A DNA stretch of 64,000 nucleotides. Source: Azolla caroliniana (lineage: Eukaryota; Plantae; Polypodiophyta). The notes below the pieces were generated by a model. It did no database searches, had not been told where the DNA came from, and saw only the letters and a program-made list of their open reading frames with translations. The stretch lies in the NCBI GenBank assembly GCA_043228905.1, contig JBHGNT010000001.1, positions 30,070,001-30,134,000 of the forward strand. Direction: 5' to 3'. The first letter of the stretch is position 1; every line of letters starts with the position of its first letter. Made by a program: the position numbers and the translations under genes. Of the stretch, positions 51,788 through 64,000 are shown piece after piece.

Positions 51788-52830
51788 TTGCACCACATAA
51801 AATGGAGAGGTAGGAATTCAGAATCAAGGAACTCTTCACGCCTCGATAGCTTACACAAGAGTGTTATATTCCCACAGTCATTAACTGAACAAGAGCCTAG
51901 GAAAGCTTATTTTTTAGCAAAGAAGGGGCTAAAATCAATTGCAAATGTGGTAAATGACCAAGGTCACTTATTGCACTTCAATGACATGACATGTCGTTAT
52001 AATCTTGGGCCACATCATCGCGTTATCTGGAATCAAGTCACTGAGTTGGTGCCACCTCTCAATGGAGATCGCAGGATTCAAGATTGGATGTTACAAAAAA
52101 GGAACATTGTTATTCCAATGCATAACATTACAACACATTCAGTGTATATGTTGTTGCAACATACCCCATGGTTTCACGAACATGCAAATGCATTATGGAA
52201 CCTACACAAAACGCAGTCCTGGTGGATATAACAGGCTTGCAAACTTATGGAGCTCTGGTCTTCCACTTAAACAACGAGTATTCCCATGGAGATGCTTATT
52301 GGGTGTGCTCCCGATTAGGTCGAATCTTCAAAAGTGATCGATAGCCTCGCCGCATTGTGCAAGATGTGGTGGATTATTGGAAACGATCCTACACTTATTA
52401 TGGACTTGCTCATTCACTACAACATTTGTACAAAGACTAAGTGCATATCTTTATCATGGATTTCCTAGCCGAAGGTTTGGTAAACACTTTTGGATATTTG
52501 GACAAATTCCATGCGCCCTATCCGACAATGCCTATTTTCTCCAATGGACACAAATTTGGGCACTTTGGACCATTTGGACAACCCACAATAATAAGGTATT
52601 TGATGGAAACTACCTGCATGAAGTTAGCTTCTTTAAGAAATCCCTTAGGCAATGTCTATTTGATTGTCTGCAACTTAGAGACATCACACTCCAAATTTAC
52701 AACCTTTACTTTGACTGCTTTTAAGCTCTTTAGTGTCTAATAGACACTTCCATATTTTTCTTTATTCTTTGTGGGTTTTCACCTCACTTTGAGATTTCCC
52801 ACTAGTAATAAAAGTGTTACTAAAAAAAAA
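51788..52830 (+). mobile_element. 5'-truncated LINE (ORF2 C-terminal zf-RVT region) with poly(A) tail
   Basis: Frameshifted 'LWSSGLPLKQRVFPWRCLLGVLPI...PHCARCGGLLETILHLLWTCSF...WALWTIWTTHNNKVF'. AATAAA at ~52807 followed by A9 at 52822-52830. Confidence 0.85.
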
Positions 52831-55061
52831 GAGTTATTTATTTATTCATTTATATCGTTAAGAAATCGGCCCAATATGGTGATTGTCTAATCGGATCGAC
52901 TATGAATGATGAGTAACTAGGACATCCCCACCTTCCACCTCGGAGTGCTCGATGTACAAAAACAACTTGATTCACTCAATCTATATGTTTTCAAAGACTG
53001 GATCTTGTGTACCGAAACACGATGCAAGAAGCATACATTGCCTTACACGTTATATGATTTTAAACCTTCTCGTCAATTATTGCTTTGTATATCTAATGTT
53101 TGTTTGAGTGACATATAAGTCAGAGGAGCTTGTGGTCTAAGTCAACCTACCTATGCATAGTAAGTGTGAGGAGGTTGGTGTAAAATGAAACATGCTTAGA
53201 ATATTATTGATGTTAGACATGTTGTTGTCATTCATTGCTAATGCTAAGCTAAAAATAAGGTGATCATAACAATATATGTTTATCATGCAAATCGAGTATA
53301 TCGAAGACCATATGGTTGTTGAAGGTTGATGCACATGTGTATTTGTACAATGCCCCCCTAGGTTTGATGGTATGGACATAACACTTAAATCGCTTGACAA
53401 CAAAATCCTCCACTTTCATTCAAGAGGAAGAGTTTTGAATGACCATTTGTCAATAGTCATGCACTAATCCATGTGTTATTTGTTGTGTGGAGAATGATAG
53501 AAATTTTAAGCTTCCATTCATGATATCATGCCACAATTTGAGCTCGAAAATGCAAACTCGAGGTACAACAACTGGATGCTTCTATATTGGCACAAATTAG
53601 GATTGTGTTTGGTCATTTAGGTGATCATGTGTGTTGTAGTCACTGGTAGTTGTGCAAGAGGGCAATGTTGAGTCCACGCCCTTTGTTAATGTGTGTTCTG
53701 ATGTTTGTGCATCATGAAAACCAAACAATGTTTTTTGTTGTTGCATTTATCTCCACGAAACAATGAGATATTTGTACTCGTGTCAAAATTGCTTGCTTGA
53801 TTTTTAAGGTCACAGGTATGAAGGATTGTAAGTCCCCTTCCATGCGAATGGGGGTCCATTTGAAGTTGACTTAGGTTGGATATGCAAGGTTGGAGAGGGT
53901 GGAGAAGTAGTTGACTATGGTAAAGATGAAATCTACTACACTTGTGTAACAAAATAACCAACATAGCCCATGAGCAGGAGCTCTAGCAATTTTCGCATCA
54001 TATGATGAGAAGAGTTTTTTGGCAAGCCAACATGTGTATTCTAACATATTTGAAAGTATGGTGGAGAATTCAAAAGGGGGGAAGCCACTAGTGCATGATG
54101 AAGAATTGGATTAATTTAGGGTTGAATTATGTCGATGATGCATCATTTCAAGAAATCTAATATTATGTGGCAATTCAATATATAAAATATTACATATAGG
54201 ACACAAAGTGATATGGATGGTGTGGTTGAAGTGCACAAGGGGGGGAGGGGGTGGTATGAACAATACATAGTGAACCCTTGACCATGGGTTAATAACTTGG
54301 TGCAACATAAGAACCTTGGTGAGAATGTTAAGGCTAGTTATTCACTCAAAGGTATTGAATTGTAATTTGTATATGCATTTGGTCATTCATAACTGCATGA
54401 ACATAGAGCTCACATGTTTCATATGTTGCTCTATTTACCACACAATAATTAACAATATTTGAAGCTTGGTTGGAGTAGTTGAGGTGTTATGTATATTGCT
54501 CTATTTTACCACACATAGAGACATTGGAATAATTATCCAATTTTAACTTGGCATAACAACACTCCATAAAAGTGTCATAGTGCATGCACTTCGGAGCCGA
54601 TAAGTATAAAGTTGTTAGATTTGTCACGAGAGAAACTTCAACAGATATCATCTTTATTACTGCGAGCTTAACGATGAGGTCCCCCGATTATTTCAGAACA
54701 ATCACAATATAGCCAACATGAAAGGACTAGTGTTTTTCTAAGCTTCTCTAGCATTTTGCCACACGACTACTACATTTTTACTACCAATAATTACATCCAT
54801 CTAGACACCGCAAAAAGGTCTCCTTCTAATTCAACAAGGGAATTGCTTGACCAAAACTACATTATGTTCAGGCGAGTGCGGCCTCAGAAAAACTCTTCTG
54901 CTAGTTGAGCCTATGGATCTTGGGTTTATAAGGCAGTCGGCATTTTACCACGATAATTCATTTTTAGTGCCATGTCAACACTTAGGAACTCATGGGAGAG
55001 TAGAAAAAGCGAAAACCATTAAAACATCTGTTCGTTTATGTCCGGACAAGTGTGAATGTGG

Positions 55062-57720
<2,659 letters not shown>

Positions 57721-57841
57721 AGTTGCTTGGAGTAAGAGATTTTCAGTAGTTATGCTTTTTTGTATTAGACCTAAGTTGACGATGGTGCAACTTTTTATTG
57801 GACTACTTGAGTCTTATCATCAATATGAGTTTGTGGAATTA

Positions 57842-58171
57842 ATGTTTTGAGTAAACCAGATTTTATGTAATATTGGGCACATTAGTGATTGTTTTGATGT
57901 TTTGAGTAAACCAGATTTTAAGTAATATTGGGCACGTTAGTGATTGTTTTGATGTTTTGAGTAAACCAGATTTTAAGTAATATTGGGCACGTTAGTGATT
58001 GTTTTGATGTTTTGCGTAAACCAGATTTTAAGTAATATTGGGCACGTTAGTGATTGTATTGATGTTTTGAGTAAACCAGATTTTAAGTAATATTGGGCAC
58101 GTTAGTGATTATATTGATGTTTTGAGTAAACCAGATTTTAAGTAATATTGGGTACGTTAGTGATTGTTTTG
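57842..58171. repeat. 55-bp minisatellite, 6 copies, just downstream of the RPL3 stop
   Basis: Unit ATGTTTTGAGTAAACCAGATTTTAAGTAATATTGGGCACGTTAGTGATTGTTTTG at a 55-bp period with few substitutions. Confidence 0.95.
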
Positions 58172-58416
58172 TGGGATGTAGTTGTAAGAAATAAGAGAAT
58201 GAATGGCAATCTTTATTCTAAATGTAAGTGAAAAGTTGAGTTAAAAGGAGATGATACTGTTGTTTCATGACAGTAGTTGGATACATATTCGGTGTATGTG
58301 TAATCCTTTAGAATTATAAGTTTGCTCATAGCAAATATAAGACTTGATAATTTCCTTCATTGTTGGGGTATGGTTTGCTATACATGTGTATGGGTGACGG
58401 ATTAACTTATTTGTTT

Positions 58417-58961
<545 letters not shown>

Positions 58962-59764
58962 CTACCTACTACGTCTGTATTATTATTAATAGCTGCGAAG
59001 TGCTTGACTGGAGTTTATGACCTCCATATAACACTCTTAGTTGAAACTTGAAGGTATTTTTTCTCTACGTTGGCTTGTAATATCAATTGAATGTTTTACA
59101 AAATTAAATGATCTCCTCAAAAAGTGATCTTATATACTTCATGTGGTGTAAAGAACCTGGGGTTAAAATACAAACAGTTTATGATTATGATAACAGCAGC
59201 ACACAAAAGCACATGCTTATACAGAACAATTGGTCATTGCAAAACTGTTACAAAACGTTGCAACTAAAGAGAGAGAAAGAATTAATTAGTATGCAACCTA
59301 TTTAATGAAAATTGCAGAGTGAATTGTAAGAAACGGAGAATTATTTGGCCAAGTAAGCACAAGTCAAATTAGTAATAACTATAATTCTCTAGGTGAAAGA
59401 AATGTGTGGCCATAAGTGCTGGTGTATTGAGAGAAATGTAGGGGTGGGGAGAATGTTCTTAATCACTTTGCTACTCTCATTTCCAGGAGATTGGGTGGGG
59501 GAAGTTGCAATCTATAAGAACTTCAGTGGTATTTTGTTGGCTCTCCATGTATTATAAATGTATATATATTTATGTATATGTGTATATGTATACACTGTTA
59601 CAGACACACATATACAGAGAGTTTTGTACATATATATACATAGAGTTTTGTAGTGTCATGTTTTAATACAAACATAAAATTTACGAGAGAGAGAGAGAGA
59701 GAACTCAAATCTCCATCCCGCTAAGCGGAGATATTAGAATGGGCCATATCAGTAGATCATTAGA

Positions 59765-62365
59765 ATGCAAATCGCTGATGGCTTGCTATGGAGAGCGTCA
59801 AGAGATACTCTGTATCGCCTCTTACAGCTCTGTACTTCACAAAGAAATCTTGCCATTGGAAAGAAGGTCCACTTTTCCATGGTCTCGAAAGGTCTTGATA
59901 CAATACCCATACTCAAAGACCACATTCTTCGTTTTTACGCTTCATGCGGAAATTTACCAGAAGCTCAGAACTTGTTTGATTCTTCAAACGCTAATTTGTT
60001 TGCATATAACGCTCTCATGTCTGCTTATGCCAAGCATGGTTATTGTCACATGACTTTTCAGCTTTTTCAGAGGTTGCTTCAAAGTGGGTTGAATCCAGAT
60101 AAATGTACATTTCTTTGTATTTTGGGTGTTTGTTGTAAGACGGGAGACTTAAAACAGGGGAGAAACATGCATGATTGGATCGTTCAAGAGAATTTAGCGC
60201 AAAATGTTGCAACAATTCAAGAGGATTTAGGGAAAAATATTGCAACAATGGAAAAGATTTCAGGGCAAAATGCTGACAGAATTAAAGAAAATTCAGGAAA
60301 AAATGCTGTGTCGATTGAAGTAAAATTTGTCCTGGATGTCGCCATAGCAAACACGGTTATTGATATGTATGCGAAATGTGGTTGCTTATATGATTCATAT
60401 GGTATATTTGATAGGCTCTCGGTTCGCAATGAAGTCTCTTGGGCTGCAATGATTGTGGGGTTTTCTCATCATGGAGATTCATGCTTTGTAATGAAGCTTT
60501 TTGAAGATATGCAATCATATCATGCTGAGCCGAATGCAGTTGTTTATTCATGTGTTTTGAAAGCATGCTGCTGCCTTAGGCTCTTAGGAAAGGTTCGCCA
60601 AATACACTATTGGATAGTTAGAGCAAGATTAGAATTAGATGATGTTGTTCTCACTGCTTTGGTTGATGCATACGCAAAGTGTAAGAGCTTGGAAGAAGCT
60701 TGGAAAGTTTTCAATGAGATGAACACTATGAATGTTGTTACTTGGAATGCAATGATTGTAGGATTTGCTCAATTAGGAGATGATTTATCATCATTGATTC
60801 TTCTGAAGAGGCTCATACAAAAAAGCACTAAACCTGACAATGTTACATTTGTAAGTGTCTTGAAGGCATGTGCAACTGCAGGCAATATTGAGGGAGGGCG
60901 GATAACTCATCATGTGATCATAGATACTGATCTCAGGCGTGACATGACATTGGAGAATGCACTGATTGACATGTATGGAAAATGTGGTTATATGTGTGAT
61001 GCACTAACAATCTTTAACAAATTGCCAAATCCGGATGTTATATCATGGGGTGCCATTATTAATGGATATGCTGAGAATGACCAAGGATTTCATGCTCTTC
61101 ATATGTTTGAATTGATGCAACAACAGCATGTAATGCCGAATGAAATTATTTTTATGTCCGCCTTGAAAGCTTGTATCAGTATTGGATCCACAGGAGAAGG
61201 TCAGAGGATACACAATCAAGTGGTAAAAAATGGACTTGAATTTGGAGTATTTGTTGGGAGCTCTATTATTGACATGTATGTGAAGTGTGGAAATGTGGAA
61301 GAAGCGACTAATTGTTTTGAACGACAGATTGATCTAGATGTGGTATCGTGGGGAGCAATGATTTATGGTCATGTTGAGATTGGGCACGATAATCTTGCAC
61401 TTGACATGTTTGTAGAAATGTTACATGAAGGCATAGAGCCAACGGAAGCCATATTTGTTACCATCTTACAAGCTTGTATGAATATGGATGCTATAGAATT
61501 GGGAAGTTTAGTCCATGAATACGTCATAAAAACTGGACTACAAATTGATGGTCCCATTGCAAACACACTTGTTGACATGTATGGTAGATGTGGAAGCTTA
61601 GAGGATGCATGGGTAGTTTTTGAGGCAAACCCAAACAGGGATATAGTTATGTGGGGTGCCATGATTGCTGTACTTGTTCAGCATGGACATTTTTTTCCTG
61701 CTTTGGAACTCTTCACGAGAATGCAATCACAAACTATACCACCTAATAGAGCAATTCTTCTATCCATTTTGAAAGCATGCCATCATAATGGTACCATGAT
61801 ATGTGCCATGAAGTTACACAAACTTATTGTTGAAACTGGTCAAGATTCCGATGTCATTATTGGCAATGCTCTTGTCGATCTATATACAAAATGTGGAAGT
61901 AAAAGTGAAGCTTATCAACTTCTCACCAATCTTCAAAACAGGGACGTGGTATCATGGACTGCCACAATCTCTCATACTGTAGAACGTGAAGATGGGCAAC
62001 TCTCTATGCAATATTTTGACGCAATGAAGCGTGAAGGATTAAAACCAGACAATGCAACCTTCACCAATATTCTAGCTGCTTGCTGTCAAGAAGGAATGGT
62101 GGAAAAAGGTCTTGAGTTTTTCATATCAATGATTAATGAACATAAGATTGCTCCTGACTTTCGGCATTTTCATGCCTTAGCTGATCTTCTTGTTCGTTCA
62201 GGCTTGTTTGAGGAGGCACGTGATTTGTTGGGTAGTATGCCAGAGTCTAGAAATATCATTGGATGGACTTCACTACTCAGTGGGTGCAAAAGATATGGCA
62301 ATGCTGAGGTGGGACATAAATGCTTTGGTGCTATTGCTGATTTGGTGTCGAAAAGTGCATTCTAG
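59765..62365 (+). CDS. PLS-class PPR protein (866 aa) ending after an E1-like motif, no DYW domain
   Basis: Intronless ORF with repeated P-L-S triplets. P2/L2/S2-like end (FTNILAAC / HFHALADLLVRSG) followed by 'WTSLLSGCKRYGNAEVG', then a stop. Confidence 0.92.
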   Translation: MQIADGLLWRASRDTLYRLLQLCTSQRNLAIGKKVHFSMVSKGLDTIPILKDHILRFYASCGNLPEAQNLFDSSNANLFAYNALMSAYAKHGYCHMTFQLFQRLLQSGLNPDKCTFLCILGVCCKTGDLKQGRNMHDWIVQENLAQNVATIQEDLGKNIATMEKISGQNADRIKENSGKNAVSIEVKFVLDVAIANTVIDMYAKCGCLYDSYGIFDRLSVRNEVSWAAMIVGFSHHGDSCFVMKLFEDMQSYHAEPNAVVYSCVLKACCCLRLLGKVRQIHYWIVRARLELDDVVLTALVDAYAKCKSLEEAWKVFNEMNTMNVVTWNAMIVGFAQLGDDLSSLILLKRLIQKSTKPDNVTFVSVLKACATAGNIEGGRITHHVIIDTDLRRDMTLENALIDMYGKCGYMCDALTIFNKLPNPDVISWGAIINGYAENDQGFHALHMFELMQQQHVMPNEIIFMSALKACISIGSTGEGQRIHNQVVKNGLEFGVFVGSSIIDMYVKCGNVEEATNCFERQIDLDVVSWGAMIYGHVEIGHDNLALDMFVEMLHEGIEPTEAIFVTILQACMNMDAIELGSLVHEYVIKTGLQIDGPIANTLVDMYGRCGSLEDAWVVFEANPNRDIVMWGAMIAVLVQHGHFFPALELFTRMQSQTIPPNRAILLSILKACHHNGTMICAMKLHKLIVETGQDSDVIIGNALVDLYTKCGSKSEAYQLLTNLQNRDVVSWTATISHTVEREDGQLSMQYFDAMKREGLKPDNATFTNILAACCQEGMVEKGLEFFISMINEHKIAPDFRHFHALADLLVRSGLFEEARDLLGSMPESRNIIGWTSLLSGCKRYGNAEVGHKCFGAIADLVSKSAF

Positions 62366-63858
62366 GTGTTAAATATAACAAATGATACATGGAAAACACA
62401 ATTAAACTTTTCAAGGATGAGAAAAACTAAAGAAATGCTTGGATTTCTTCCCATGGCACGTCAGACATAGTAACATCAGAACAAACTGACGAAGACAAGA
62501 AAGAAACCTTTGTTATGAAAATATAAGGCATGTTGTGCTATGCCTGAATTCAGTGATAGGCTTAAAACATTGTTTAACAAGATGAACTGTACCATGCAAT
62601 TGAAACAAGATTTAAATCAGGAAGTGAAGTAGCACGTAGCTGTGAAGATTGATTTAAGGTTTGACATGTATTTTACATTGGCCCTCAAAAGTTGATGTCC
62701 TTAACATTGGAGGACCAACAGTTTTTATTCAAATAAGTAATGCAAATGACTAATTTGGATTGCTCTAACAGTTGTATATGACAGCTGATTGATAGTTAGG
62801 TTGCTATAGGGTTTGAAGCTGATATGGCACATTTTTGCAAACATATTCACTACATAAATTTTAACACCAATCAACTCCACTGCTGAAAAAAACAATGCTC
62901 ATTTTTGCAACCTACTTCTTTGTTTAGGATCTGACAAATGCCTTCTTTTAACACCCATTGTGAATTGATTTGTAATGTATATGAGCTGTTCGAAAGCCAA
63001 AACTTATTTTAAGCATAAAACTAAAGCATCAACAAGTACGAATCCAAAATCAACCAAAATTTTTCACCTATGCTTTGCAAAGCATGCAAGAGTCACACAA
63101 ACTTGCTGTCATTCTCTGTTTAGTGCCCTTTGAGGATCATGTTCTAATGTGTGCATCTCATGTTTTAGCTCATGGTCCATGGCAAATACAATAGGCGATA
63201 GCGAGTGCTAACTTTCCATTAAAGGCTGAAAAGTAGTATTTCGGGAATTCTTTGATGGATTGTCAGAGTTTCATTACAGCATATGAATTAATGGGAAAAT
63301 CATGCAAAAAATTCGAATTTTTTAGATATAATTGTCAGTTTTTTTTTTTTTTTGCTCTCTTTTAGACTAACATTGCCCAAAGTGTAGTTAGTGAGTTGCT
63401 TCCTCGAGATGAGATATGATAATGTTTCCACGAGGAGTTCTTTAAACCTTTAAGGAGACAGGGAGGGAAGCTCCCGTTTCTTTTTTGTCTTTTCCCTAAA
63501 AAATATAATTTTATTTATTTATCTTGAGTGGGGTTTAGTGTGGAATGGAGAATGGCTTGTTTTCTCGTGGCGCTCATGCTCCTCTGTTCTTGAGCGCGAT
63601 GATTTCTTCTCTGTTTCTCTGATTAACAGCCTGTAGAAGAAGAAGAAGAAGAAGAAGAACACCATGCTCATGTGTCAGAGTTTTCTTCCTGCGCAAAACT
63701 AGGATTTTCTTGAGAAAGAGGATTGCTTTTTTGTGATGTCTTATTGACACCTTGGACCGAACCTTCGTGTTCTTTTTCTTTTTCTTGTTCAAAAGTAAGA
63801 ACAACAATCCCTCCACTGTAATTTATTTTTAAGGCGTTCTGTGCAGAATTAGGGTTTC

Positions 63859-63861
<3 letters not shown>

Positions 63862-63947
<86 letters not shown>
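63862..63947. repeat. Long (GA)n microsatellite flanked by a telo-box; probably the promoter or 5' UTR of an unidentified gene
   Basis: ~43 GA units, TTAGGGTTT at ~63849-63857. Confidence 0.9.
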
Positions 63948-63949
<2 letters not shown>

Positions 63950-64000
63950 TTTTCTTTCATAATGTCATTTGGACACATTGGACCTAACCCTCGCGTTCAG

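Noticed and set aside
52900-54500. Possible decayed transposon upstream of RPL3
   Set aside because: Only short uninformative ORFs; no diagnostic motif.
57842-58171. CRISPR-like array
   Set aside because: Head-to-tail 55-bp units with no unique spacers, no cas genes and a eukaryotic context: a minisatellite.
63574-63816. 80-aa Lys/Leu-rich ORF
   Set aside because: Non-ATG start and low-complexity composition derived from simple repeats.

Overview
AT-rich eukaryotic nuclear DNA with spliceosomal introns, from a land plant and probably a fern. That assignment is an inference from a DYW:KP-type PPR editing factor, several long PLS-PPR genes, and an unedited fern-like ycf2/psbA plastid insertion. 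Genes assembled from the sequence: a 3-exon gibberellin 3-oxidase-like dioxygenase (-), a 2-exon 25-aa ribosomal protein eL41 that the ORF track misses (-), an orphan repeat-containing tail-anchored protein (-), a ~1350-aa PLS-PPR-DYW protein (+), two small uncharacterised genes, a 15-exon SCYL2 pseudokinase (-), RPL3 with a GC-AG first intron (+), and a second PLS-PPR truncated after E1 (+). Mobile and repeat content: an internally deleted hAT element with both TIRs and an 8-bp TSD, two adjacent Mutator-type elements sharing ~128-bp TIRs (a 296-bp foldback MITE and a 1.5-kb Pack-MULE-like element, each with a 9-bp TSD), several LINE remnants, a PPR pseudogene, a mosaic plastid insertion, and a 55-bp minisatellite. 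The best candidate for something new is the PPR-DYW gene. It carries the signature of the putative reverse (U-to-C) editing DYW:KP class, fused to a ~320-aa N-terminal extension of two unrecognised tandem repeat families, and has no obvious organellar transit peptide.
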